64,000 bases of DNA from the human T2T-CHM13v2.0 reference genome, Homo sapiens: the NCBI RefSeq assembly GCF_009914755.1, contig NC_060934.1. One strand, written 5' to 3'. Under the pieces are notes generated by a model. That model had not been told where the DNA came from and made no database searches. It worked only from the letters and a program-made list of their open reading frames with translations. Of this stretch, positions 46,865 through 58,386 are shown piece after piece (within the stretch, counting starts at the first letter, position 1; the number at the start of each line of letters is the position of its first letter). A program made the position numbers and the translations under genes.

Positions 46865-47074
46865 CAGTGGTTTTCAACTGATGATGATTCTGTCTCCCAG
46901 GGGACATTTGGTGATATCTGGAGACATTTTTGGTTGTCACAAAGGGGGTGATGTTGGGGGCACTGCTGACTTCTAGTGGGTAAAGGCCAGGCATACTGCT
47001 CAAAAGGGTAGCTGCCCAGAACAAAGATTTATCTGGCCCAAAATGTCATTAGAGCCAACGTATGAAAAATCCTG
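46865..47074. mobile_element. MER20 hAT-Charlie MITE
   Basis: cagtggttttcaac...ccaggggacatttgg...tctggagacatttttggttgtcacaa...atctggcccaaaatgtca. Confidence 0.88.
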
Positions 47075-47919
47075 CATTCTGCCTTCTTTACACGATTGGT
47101 ATAAAATGAGATAATTTGTATAATGTTTAATGTAAAGTATAGAACACCACAACATAATAATAAGTATTATTTCTATTAAAATCTTGACAGTATATAAGAA
47201 ATATTCTTTCTTCATTCAGCATGCACCTTTTATTTATTCTTTGTCATCTTTTTGGATATATGTTAGGCATTCAGTTTTTAAGTAGTAATTTCTATCATTT
47301 TTTTCCCTTATAGTTTTCACCTTGTATGTCAACAATATAAAATTCTTCCCAGGCCAAAAAATATAAATATTCATTTAGACTTTCTTCTGGTGACAAAACA
47401 CAATAAACAAAAATACACATAATGTACACTTGGCAGAGAATTGCAAAGAAAAGAGATGAAATTATAGGACAAGGCTATATGTGGATAGTGAGCAGAAAGG
47501 ATGGAAAAGTGGCAAAAATATATAGAGGTCAAGTATAGAATATAAAGATAGAGGCAATATCTTAAGAACTACTAACAATTAGAAACCACGTTTAAAGCAC
47601 TTCTGAGATTATATCAATAGCTTCATATGATATTATTTTTCAGATATTATATTGGTCAGCACCTTTTAATAAAACAGCTATTGTATAAAGGAAAGTATAC
47701 TTTTACTTCATCTGTTTTCCAGTGCTAATTATTGCTGTTTCATTCAAGAAACCACAATTTTGAACACCTGTGGATTCAATGTTCCTTCATCTTAAATATT
47801 TCTTACAAAAGTAGATTTCCAAACAACCATGGACATTATTTCTAAAATTTATTCATGTTGTCCCTTCTTACTAAGCCTAACTGAAAGTCTTCTAGCTATA
47901 TTGGAAGAAGCTTGGGAAT

Positions 47920-48180
47920 AATAGTTAATATTTGTTAATGTTTAGAAAATGCCCAACACATAGAACATGCTTTTTCTAAATATTGTTTACATATAAAATT
48001 TATTTAAACCTCAAACAATACTGTGAGGTAAAGGCTAATATTTATTATTCCATTTTGTAGATGAGGAGACTGAAGCTTAATGTGGTTAAGTAATTTGCCC
48101 AGGTCTCCCAACTAGTTTATAGTAGAGTCAGGGTTTATACCCAGGCTATTTGGATTCAGAGCTCAAACTGTTAACTATGG
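47920..48180 (-). mobile_element. MIR
   Basis: ccattttgtagatgaggagactgaagct...ggttaagtaatttgcccagg. Confidence 0.8.
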
Positions 48181-48185
48181 GGCTA

Positions 48186-48909
48186 TGTATTAGTCAGGAC
48201 TCTCCAGAAAAGCAGGACAAATAGGATGTGTGTGTCTATATACAGTGAGAAGGAGATTTATTTTAAGGAATTTGTTTATGTGATTGTGGAGGCTGGCAAG
48301 TCCAAAATCTACAGGGTAAGGCTCATTGATCAGAGATGCTGCAATTCGAGTCTGAAAGCCGTCTGCTGACAGAATTTCCTCTTTCTAGGGGAAAGATGGG
48401 ACTTTTTTCTATTTGACTGACTGGATGAGGCTCGCCCACATTATTGGAGGGTAATCAGCTTTACTCAATGTCTATTCGTTTAGGTGTTACTAAAATATCT
48501 TCACCAAAACGTCTACAGTAGAATAATTTTTGAGCAGCTTTCTGGTATTGTGACCTATCCAAGTTGACATGTAAAATTAAACATCACAAGTCAATCGACC
48601 CCTTGTCACCTTGGCACCCATACATATCTTCTTAAACCATATTTAATTTTCAAATAAAGACAAGAACAAGGTCATACTTCCACCTAACATGATTCAGCAA
48701 CCCTGTGTACAGCTGCAAATTTACTAACCCTTTCCCCAAAAGAAGACACAAAGTTCTTGGGTGATGTTTACTCACCTCATTGATATCCCATAGCTTAAAT
48801 ACTATGATGTGAAGTTAACAATACTTAAATACTATGATATAAAGTCAATACATCTTATGCTGCATGATAAGGAGATAAGAGAAGGAAGCAAACGAAGTTA
48901 TTTGATGCA

Positions 48910-48956
<47 letters not shown>

Positions 48957-49000
48957 CCGAATGTAACAAAATAAGAAAGAAATACTCATGATAGGTGATA
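48186..49000 (-). mobile_element. ERVL remnant: MLT2 LTR (48186-48587) plus adjoining 3' internal sequence, with (CA)n at ~48912-48953
   Basis: tgtattagtcagg...ggaggctggcaagtccaaaatc...gttgacatgtaaaattaaacatcaca; next to it cccct tgtcaccttggcacccatac, the reverse of a polypurine tract plus ERVL internal sequence. Confidence 0.75.
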
Positions 49001-49153
49001 TTTCTTCCCCAGGTAAGTATACTAATATTTTCCCCATTGCTTCATGATAATTTTAATAAATTTTCTTTATCTTCCTTTTATTGCTAGATTGACTAAACAG
49101 CACGTTATCTTAATTATCCTTTTAAAAACAGGGTTCTAAATAATATATCAATA

Positions 49154-49229
49154 TTCAGAGTCACAGCTTTTGCAATGATGTTGACTGCCTTCAGAGTCAC
49201 AGCTTTTGCAATGTTGTTGATTGCCTTCA
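49154..49229. repeat. 36-bp tandem duplication (2 copies, 2 mismatches)
   Basis: ttcagagtcacagcttttgcaatg(a/t)tgttga(c/t)tgcc x2. Confidence 0.95.
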
Positions 49230-50444
49230 ATTAAACTCAATAAAATGACTACAATTTTATAACCTGATGCCAATCTTTCCCTAAATGGTAATTCTAGCCA
49301 GCTCAGTGTAACTTTAGCAGATCTTGTGCTAATAGCCTTATGTCAAAATAATTTAAAATTTAAAAAACGATCATTTAAATTTTAAAAAGTTTTAATTGAG
49401 GAAATGTTTCATTGTATCATTAGTTCAATCTTCTCAAAATTTAGGTAGCAATGTTCTTGCTATAGATGGATTTTTTGTTATCTGTGAACATTCATATTTA
49501 TAAAGAGTATACCATGGTAATAATGAATGAATAGGCAGTAAAGGATCTTCCACAAGCTTGCTTACTATCAAGATATTCAGCAAAAGACCCAGGGAGTTTA
49601 TGTGGAAAATCAGTCCAATTCTTCCTGTCTCTCTTTAGTGAAATTAAGTGGTCTTCATAAAATGCTTAACATGTGCCTTACATATTTTTTTTTGTTTGCA
49701 CCCCGGGCAGTGTTCCAAGTGTTATTGCATACCTAAATGCCAGAGGTTCTTATGGTTTTAACAAAGAGAATACTCATATGGTAAGACTTTGTTAATTACG
49801 ATGACTGGGGAAAAGTCATCTGGGTGTAGTATGCAGACATTATCATGTATTTTCAAGCAAAATGAGTTGTGTTGCTTTCAGATACTTAAAAGTGCTACCT
49901 AGTAGAAGTTTCGATTTCAAGTTTTGATCAACGTTGTTTTGGAATTAACTTTTTAAGGCAGTAGTGTAAGTAGATTATATTGCTTAAAGCTCGTTTTATG
50001 TTTTAATTATGTTAGTATATTTTAGTGAGTCTTACAGAATATTTGGATACAGTTTATTTTCTTAAACAGATAGACTTTGGCCTTAATTATGAGGTAGCAT
50101 GTGTTAATACTCTTATATTCTTGTTCTCCTTTTTTATTATACAGATAAACTTCAGTCTACATTCATTCAAAATAAAACAAACTTTGACTTAGTGATTTAT
50201 AATTGGTGATGCATTATTTGGGGTGAATTTTACCTAATATTCTAGTATTGGAAATGTCTAATTTATACCTATTATAATGATTGATTTGCTTAGAGATATT
50301 GGTTTTGTTCATATTTTGTGATGTTTCATGGTGGAAGCAGATAAATTTCATTTTAATTTTTAAAATGGCAAGTGTCTGTTTAGTGTCCTTTGACTATTGG
50401 TTATTTTAAGTTAAACTTTTTCGATGAAATCATCAATTTTTTTT

Positions 50445-50742
50445 TTGCATTTCAAATTTTATTTTTGCATTTCAAATTTTATTTAATTTAAATTAACTTG
50501 TTTTGTTTTATTCATTTAATTGATATACAATAGTTGTAAGTAGTCATGTAGACATGGTGGTGTTTTGATACATAGAATGTATAGTGAACATATCAGGGTA
50601 ATTGGCATATCCATCATCTCAAACATTTTTCATTTTCTTTGTGTTGGGAACATTCAATATCCTCCTTGTAGCTCTTTGGAAGTACATAATATATTATCAT
50701 TGTCTGTACTCATCCTACAATCCTACAGAATACTAGAACTTA
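50445..50742 (-). mobile_element. L1 3' end (L1PB/L1MA-like) with a 20-bp tandem duplication in its tail
   Basis: cagggtaattggcatatccatcatctcaaac...; TSD caattttttt; tttttgcatttcaaatttta x2. Confidence 0.75.
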
Positions 50743-50779
50743 CCAATTTTTTTCATGAGGTGTTTGTTAATGATAATAA

Positions 50780-51000
50780 CTTTTGTTAGTTAATTATATG
50801 CCATGTACTGTTTAGTCACTTTCTAGGTCTTAAATTTTTAATTCTCATAATGACATTAAGAGGTAGGCATTCTGTTATCTACATGTTAATAAATGGTAAA
50901 CTGATGCCTGGAGAAGTTAATAACTTGGTCAAGACTATGCAATCAGTATGTTGAAATACACGTCTTAGCCTTGGAGTCCCCATGCCTAAGGAATGTGCGG
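50780..51000 (-). mobile_element. MIR
   Basis: aaactgatgcctggagaagttaataacttggtcaag. Confidence 0.6.
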
Positions 51001-52269
51001 TGCTAACTTTTGAAGTACAGATTAGAAGTACTGTTGTTACAAGTTTATTATGTATATTCAAACTTGAGGAGCCCATAAAAGATGCATAGCTTTAAACCAT
51101 GAGATTAAAAAATGATCTGACTATTTGCAAGAAATAAAACTTGAACAGCAATAGTTCAAAAAGAAAAAAAATTCAAGATATTTCCTATAAGTACTTCTTA
51201 GGCCTCTCTGCATCCTTTGAATATTAAACTTCATACTGACCTCTCTGTAGATCATCTGGCATCCATTCCTCTTCTCTTATTAGTTCCTTTTTTCTTATTG
51301 AAAGAATGGCTATGATTTGGCTTAATTCTTGGTCCACCTCTGTGTCCTTATGGTTTAGAATTAAATTCCACCATGTACCTTGGAGGCCTTATTTTCTATC
51401 TGCAATCAATAGCATTGATTTTGTTTTTCTCACAGGTTTCATTTTTATTTTTATTTTTTAAGAAGGAACAATTCTTTCAAGTTATTACACAAATGACTCT
51501 TTTAATGGAGCATTTGTATACTAACTCTAAGTGTTATGTGATTATTCACATCTACTCTCAAAAGACTAGACTCATTTCTGTTGTTATTGAACTGAGACTT
51601 CACTTACAAAGATTTGCTTCATTTTCCAGTAAGTTGGTTGATACAGTGTGGTCTGCCTATTATGCTGATGTTCAACACTATTTGTTATTCAGGGTGGACA
51701 TGAATCATGCTAGCCACCGTCGACAGTAAACTTATACCGCTTCAAACTACAAGTTCTATTTTCCCTCCCCAAACATTTTTTACTGTCTTTATACAATTAA
51801 ATGATGTAATGAACATTGACATTCAAAGAGGGATTTTATATAAAATTGAACATTAAAAATGAGCCTTTCGATGTCAGATGGCATTCAGAACACTACCTGA
51901 GAGTGTGAAGGAATTGAATGCATTTTCATATGGATTAGCTCTCAGTAAATTTAACATGAGAAATGGGCCATTTTATTCTTTACAATCAGATGTTGCCTTT
52001 TGGCCTTATGAGTTTTTCGTGTTAATCCAAAAGCTATCTTTAGAATCGTTGAAATACAAATGTACTTAAAGTTATACTTGCAATTCCTTTATGGGACCAA
52101 GCTTATAATGTTAATGTTAAAGAGAAAGCTTGTGTACTACTTATATAAAAACAAAACAAAACACCTGATTATAAGAGGTTATCACAAATAAGGAGAGTCT
52201 TGAAGCACTAAATGTGAATATTAAAATATGTTTTAGTTATTGAGGCAATGGCAAAGGAAGGGATGTGAA

Positions 52270-52745
52270 ATATTTAGATGCCATGTGGGGTATCGTGTTC
52301 ATTTTGGGGTGCCATGCTTCAGAAAGGACTTTAATATACTTGAGCAAGTTCAGGAGGCATAAAATGTATTTAAAATAATTGATAATATTTCATGGACAGA
52401 TTTAGGAAGAAAGGATGACTGTTTTTAAGTGTGAAAACATGGTCACATGGAGGAAAAAAGGGAAGCATTCTGCATAAATCTAGATGGCCAAAGAAGAAAT
52501 GCAGGTTATAGTGAAGTCTAAATTGAATCAACTTGAGAATCAACATTTTGCTAATTAAAAATGGACCAAAAGTGAAATGGGCAGCCTGATGTGATGGCAA
52601 GAACCTTATCTCCTGAGGCATTCTAGCAGTGACTACATCGCATCTGCTTAGAGAAAGTTTGTGTGGGTTGAGGAGGGATTCCTTGTGGCTGAACCATAAC
52701 ATATCTCTTGTATCTTCTGCAAACTCCAAGACTCTGAGTCTGTGA
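52270..52745 (+). mobile_element. L3/CR1-like fragment
   Basis: gttcattttggggtgccatgcttcagaaaggac...cttgagcaagttcaggagg resembles the CR1 3' region. Confidence 0.55.
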
Positions 52746-52859
52746 ATCTGTGAACTAATACTCTACAAGTTAGCTTATAAGAGCCTAGCCCTCAAAAGAT
52801 TTCTTCTTGGAAATCCTTTCCCTTATGTAATGTATGTGTTTAGTTTTGAATATTCTTTT

Positions 52860-53490
52860 ACTTATATAAATCTAATAATTTTGCACGTATTCTTCTACCA
52901 CTTGTTTTTGCTCAATATTATGTTCCATTGTATAACCCAATTTATTGATACTTTCTGCTATTGATGGTATCCTGAATAATTTTCTGTTATTTTGCTCTCT
53001 CAAATTGTGCTTGTTTAAACAGTGTTAACGGTGAATCCTTATAAACATGTTCAGTAATTTCTCTAGTGTATATAGATAGAAGTAGAATTCCTGGGTCTTA
53101 ATGTATGTGAAACTTCAAATTTGTTAAATAATATCAAATTACTTTCCAAAGTGGTTTTATCTGATTATACCTGATTGCAACTTATGCCTAAGTTTTCTGA
53201 TTGTCTCTCATATCCAGGACAATTTATATTGACAAACATTTAAATTTTACCTATCTGGTGGATGGGAAATGGTACCTCGTGATCTTAATTTTCATCTCCC
53301 TAGGTATGAATGAGGTTGTGACTATTTGTGTTTCTTCCATGAAAAGTCTGTTATTGTCCTCTCCCTTTTTTACTGTTGGGGGGACAGCTTTACATACATT
53401 GGAACTTAATCCTTATTGAAGTTACATGTATGTATCAGTCTTCCTCTTGGTTTGTGCTTTTTGTATGTTTTTAAAGAAATCCTCTTAACC
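52860..53490 (-). mobile_element. Old L1 (L1ME-like) fragment
   Basis: gaagtagaattcctgggtc...actttccaaagtggtt...aatggtacctcgtgatcttaattttcatctcc. Confidence 0.7.
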
Positions 53491-53503
53491 AGTGTTCTTC
53501 ATG

Positions 53504-53506
<3 letters not shown>

Positions 53507-53534
<28 letters not shown>

Positions 53535-53558
53535 CTGTGTGTGTGTGCATGTGTGTGT
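53507..53558. repeat. (TG)n microsatellite (imperfect)
   Basis: TG run with interruptions. Confidence 0.9.
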
Positions 53559-55348
53559 CCATGAAGGTACATTCATAGCTTAGTTATGTGAGGTTCATGG
53601 CTTAGATTATCTTTACATTGATAATCGAAAGAGTAATTGTCCTTTTCAAAGTAGGAGGCTTGAAAAGCCATACATTTTTGCTTTTCTTTTTTCAATATAT
53701 TTTAAGAATTCTTTATAAATTGTCCTTCGGGACAGTAAATATGCTTTTGAAAATACTTGATGACAGCAATTTCTTTTTCTGTGAGAGTGGATTTTATATT
53801 TGGAAATAATCACAAGTCATTTAGTGACAGATTTGATGAATAGAGGTAGGTGATTAAGCTGACTAATACAGTTTTTTTTTTGGCTAAAATATATAAGAAT
53901 GTGTGTATATGTACCATTAGAAAGTAATGGTATTTGTTGTACAAGTTAAGAATTGACCAGGTGTTTTACTCTAAAACATCATTATTGAAAAAGTGACATA
54001 TTTTGAAGGGTAATGTTCTTAATACTCATCTGGTTAATACGTCCTTGTGAAATGTTTAAAAATATAGCCTTATCTCATTGTGGTTCTACTAATGTACAGT
54101 TCTCCAATTTTTTCTAAGGTATTACTGGTGGAAATGAGTTTATTACACTAGGAAGAGGCATAGTGTGGCTTTTCTTATTTTGGAAGCTTCCTGAAAGCTA
54201 AAAAGTTTGAAAATTGCTGTACTTGTTTTGAGATGATGGTTGAAATGCCATCTTTTTTTTCAAAAAATCAATGTGACATTAATAAGGCAAATCGTAGGTC
54301 ACATTAAAAAGGTACACATTTTTCCCATCTTATTCTTACTTCAAGCAGTTATTTATTTTATTTCTATGCTTTTTCATTTTGCTAAGATATCAATCTCTCC
54401 ATTCTTCACTTTGAGAGAATGGCAGATTGGAAACTTTAAAAGTGTATTTTTTTGGTAAAAATTAGAAACAAAACAGCATAGCTGAAAAAGTAAAAAGTGA
54501 GAAAAAAATGTGGATTAGTACTTTTTTGGCAATGGTGTAATAACACATTGATTTCTTGCTAATGAGGTAAAATTTACTTCAACCATCATTACATAACTGT
54601 TGAAGAGTTTGCATGCTGAACACTTCACACAATCTACAATTGTTATGTGTTCATTTTAAAAAACACATAGATATATTTCTTCAGGGACTTTAACATGATT
54701 TTCAGTGATTTCTTTGTGGAGCTGGATAGACTAATGCTTTTAATATCCATCCCTCTAATGAGAAAGCCTTGAATGTTTAGTAATTGTTTTGGCACACTCT
54801 CCAAGGGCAGGACAGATAGGAGCCACTTCCCAGCACAGGGGAGCTTACTGGTGTGGCTACCATGGCAACAGCCTACCCCACCCCCACCACAGAGAACATC
54901 CGAATTGGTCTCTGAAGTTCTTATTTGAATTCTCCCATGTCTCCACATTTGAGAAACACAGGCTGTAATTGCACCTACTTCATCTGAATTTAACCACTGT
55001 AGCTTTGGAAGGCTGCAGTTTTAATCTGATCTTTATATTTAGGCCCTTCTATAAACTCCTTTCTGATAAAATGAAAATATTTTTGTGCTAAGGCTCCAAA
55101 AGTAGTACACAGAGATTTAGAATTATGGTGGATGACGTAAAATGGTATTAAAATCAATCTGAGAATTCACACTTTATGTGTATTTAAAATACCAAGGAAT
55201 TATTATTGAGTATATAGTTACATTAATGATTTGTGTAGAATCTTTTATTTGTCTAATTCATCCAACTTTACTGAAGTGGATTTTTTTCCTTGTATCACAA
55301 AACACCCATAAGTTATTCATAAGAATATATAGGAGGAGATGCTTTTAT

Positions 55349-55656
55349 TTTATTTTAAATGTTATTTTATTAGTTTTGAGACAGGATCTCACTCTTTCCC
55401 ATGCTGGAATTCAGTGGCTGGATCATAGCTCACTGCAACCTTGAACTCCTGTGTTTAAGAATCCTCCTGCCTTTGCCTCTTGAGCAGCTGTGACTACAGG
55501 TTCATGACACCATACCCATCTATTTTTTTGGATTTTTTGTAGAAATGGGCTCTCACTATGTTACCCAGGCTGTTCTTAAATTTCTGGCCTGAGGTGATTC
55601 CCTTGCCTCAGGCTCTCAAACTTTTGGGATTACAGAAATGATCCACCAAGCAGACC
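55349..55656 (-). mobile_element. AluJ
   Basis: gagacaggatctcactct...gatcatagctcactgcaaccttgaactcct; TSD atgctttta. Confidence 0.88.
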
Positions 55657-55670
55657 TGCAAATGCTTTTA

Positions 55671-55832
<162 letters not shown>

Positions 55833-55998
55833 CAAATAGAGTATTTACTTTCTATTTGCTGTTCACGGTCTGTGTAGTTGAACAAGAACAGTTAAGTTAC
55901 TCTGTACACTGTTCAATTTCAATATAAAAGCTAATTAAATTACTTTAGTCATTTATTAATAGCAAAGCTTTATTAGAAAAAGCATCTGGTCAAGGTGG

Positions 55999-56496
55999 TC
56001 AAACTCCTATGAAGATGGTTTTCCATTTCACAAATATGGGAGGGCAGCCAAGATGGCCAAATAGGAACAGCTCCGGTCTACAGCTCCCAGCATGAGCGAC
56101 GCAGAAGACGGGTGATTTCTGCATTTCCATCTGAGGTACCGGGTTCATCTCACTAGGGAGTGCCAGACAATGGGCGCGAGACAGTGGGTGCCGCGCACCC
56201 GCACCATGTGCGAGCCGAAGCAGGGCGAGGCATTGCCTCACTCGGGAGGCGCAAGGGGTCGGGGAGTTCCCTTTCCTAGTCAAAGAAAGGGGTGACAGAC
56301 GGCACCTGGAAAATCGGGTCACTCCCACCCTAATACTGCGCTTTTCCGACGGGCTTAAAAAACGGCGCACCAGGAGATTATATCTCGCACCTGGCTGGGA
56401 GGGTCCTACGCCCACGGAGTCTCGCTGATTGCTAGCACAGCAGTCTGAGATCAAACTGCAAGGCCGCAGCGAGGCTGGGGGAGGGGCGCCTGCCAT
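55999..56496 (-). CDS. L1 ORF0-like antisense ORF extended to 165 aa (potential only)
   Basis: MAGAPPPASLRPCSLISDCCASNQRDSVGVGPS... matches the ORF0 N-terminus; open through the L1 5' end into the flank. Confidence 0.4.
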   Translation of the reverse strand: MAGAPPPASLRPCSLISDCCASNQRDSVGVGPSQPGARYNLLVRRFLSPSEKRSIRVGVTRFSRCRLSPLSLTRKGNSPTPCASRVRQCLALLRLAHGAGARHPLSRAHCLALPSEMNPVPQMEMQKSPVFCVAHAGSCRPELFLFGHLGCPPIFVKWKTIFIGV

Positions 56497-57079
56497 TGCC
56501 CAGGCTCGCTTAGGTAAACAAAGCAGCTGGGAAGCTGGAACTGGGTGGAGCCCACCACAGCTCAAGGAGGCCTGCCTGCCTCTGTAGGCTCCACTTCTGG
56601 GGGCAGGGCACAGACAAACAAAAAGACAGCAGTAACCTCTGCAGACTTAAATGTCCCTGCCTGACAGCTTTGAAGAGAGCAGTGGTTCTCCCAGCATGCA
56701 GCTGGAGATCTGAGAACGGGCAGACTGCCTCCTGAAGTGGGTCCCTGACCCCTGACCCCCGAGCAGCCTAACTGGGAGGCACCCCCCAGTAGGGGCAGAC
56801 TGACACCTCACATGGCTGGGTACTTCTCTGAGACAGAACTTCCAGAGGAACGATCAGACAGCAGCATTCACGGTTCACGAAAATCCGCTGTTCTGCAGCC
56901 ACCGCTGCTGTTACCCAGGCAAACAGGGTCTGGAGTGGACCGCTAGCAAACTCCAACAGACCTGCAGCTGAGGGTCCTGTCTGTTAGAAGGCAAACTAAC
57001 AAACAGAAAGGACATCCACACCAAAAACCCATCTGTACATCACCATCATCAAAGACCAAAAGTAGATAAAACCACAAAG
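56039..57079 (+). promoter_or_regulatory. L1 5' UTR: CpG-rich internal sense promoter and antisense promoter; YY1 motif at 56049-56058
   Basis: CAAGATGGCC YY1 motif; the only extended CpG-dense segment in the window. Activity cannot be inferred from sequence. Confidence 0.7.
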
Positions 57080-58096
57080 ATGGGGAAAAAACAGAGCAGA
57101 AAAACTGGAAACTCCAAAAAGCAGAGCGCCTCTCCTCCTCCAAAGGAACGCAGCTCCTCACCAGCAACGGAACAAAGCTGGACGGAGAATGACTTTCACG
57201 AGTTGAGAGAAGAAGGCTTCAGACAATCAAACTACTCCGAGCTACAGGAGGAAATTCAAACCAAAGGCAAAGAAGTTAAAAACTTTGAAAAAAATTTAGA
57301 CGAATGTATAACTAGAATAACCAATACAGAGAAGTGCTTAAAGGAGCTGATGGAGCTGAAAGCCAAGGCTCGAGAACTATGTGAAGAATGCAGAAGCCTC
57401 AGGAGCTGATGTGATCAACTGGAAGAAAGGGTATCAGTGATGGAAGATGAAATGAATGAAATGAAGTGAGAAGGGAAGTTTAGAGAAAAAAGAATAAAAA
57501 GAAACGAACAAAGCCTCCAAGAAATATGGGACTATGTGAAAAGACCAAATCTACGTCTGATTGGTGTACCTGAAATTGACGGGGAAAATGGAACCAAGTT
57601 GGAAAACACTCTGCATGATAGTATCCAGGAGAACTTCCCCAATCTAGCAAGGCAGGCCAACATTCAGATTCAGGAAATACAGAGAACGCCACAAAGATAC
57701 TCCTCGAGAAGAGCAACTCCAAGACACATAATTGTCAGATTCACCAAACTTGAAATGAAGGAAAAAGTGTTAAGGGCAGCCAGAGAGAAAGGTCGGGTTA
57801 CCCACAAAGGGAAGCCCATCAGACTAACAGCAGAACTCTCAGCAGAAACTCTACAAGCCAGAAGAGAGTGGGGGCCAATATTCAACATTCTTAAAGAAAA
57901 GAATTTTCAACCCAGAATTTCATATCCAGCCAAACTAAGCTTCATAAGTGAAGGAGAAATAAAATCCTTTACAGACAAGCAAATGCTGAGAGATTTTGTC
58001 ACCACCAGGCCTGCCCTAAAAGAGCTCCTGAAGGAAGCACTAAACATGGAAAGGAACAACCGGTACCAGCCACTGCAAAATCATGCCAAATTGTAA
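57080..58096 (+). pseudogene. L1 ORF1p, disrupted
   Basis: In-frame TGA at 57407-57409 and ~57467 (CGA>TGA CpG decay); frame otherwise intact to ...YQPLQNHAKL*. Confidence 0.92.
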
Positions 58097-58156
58097 AGAC
58101 CATCGAGGCTAGGAAGAAACTGCAACTAACAAGCAAAATAACCAGCTAACATCATA

Positions 58157-58386
58157 ATGACAGGATCAAATTCACACATAACAATATTAACTTTAAATGT
58201 AAATGGACTAAATGCTCCAATTAAAAGACACAGACTGGCAAATTGGATAAAGAGTCAAGACCCATCAGTGTGCTGTATTCAGGAAACCCATCTCACGTGC
58301 AGTGACACACATAGGCTCAAAATAAAAGGATGGAGGAAGATCTACCAAGCAAATGGAAAACAAAAAAAAGGCAGGGGTTGCAATCC
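58157..58386 (+). pseudogene. L1 ORF2p endonuclease N-terminus, truncated
   Basis: MTGSNSHITILTLNVNGLNAPIKRHRLANWIKSQDPSVCCIQETHL..., then runs into non-L1 flank. Confidence 0.92.

Larger units (their letters stand above)
56039..58386 (+). mobile_element. L1PA3/PA4-type element: complete 5' UTR + ORF1 + start of ORF2, 3'-truncated, with 17-bp flanking duplication
   Basis: Starts ggagggcagccaagatggcc; ORF1 MGKKQSRKTGNSK...; ORF2 MTGSNSHITILTLNVNGLN...; ends ggttgcaatcc; tccatttcacaaatatg at 56022-56038 and 58384-58400. Confidence 0.96.
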
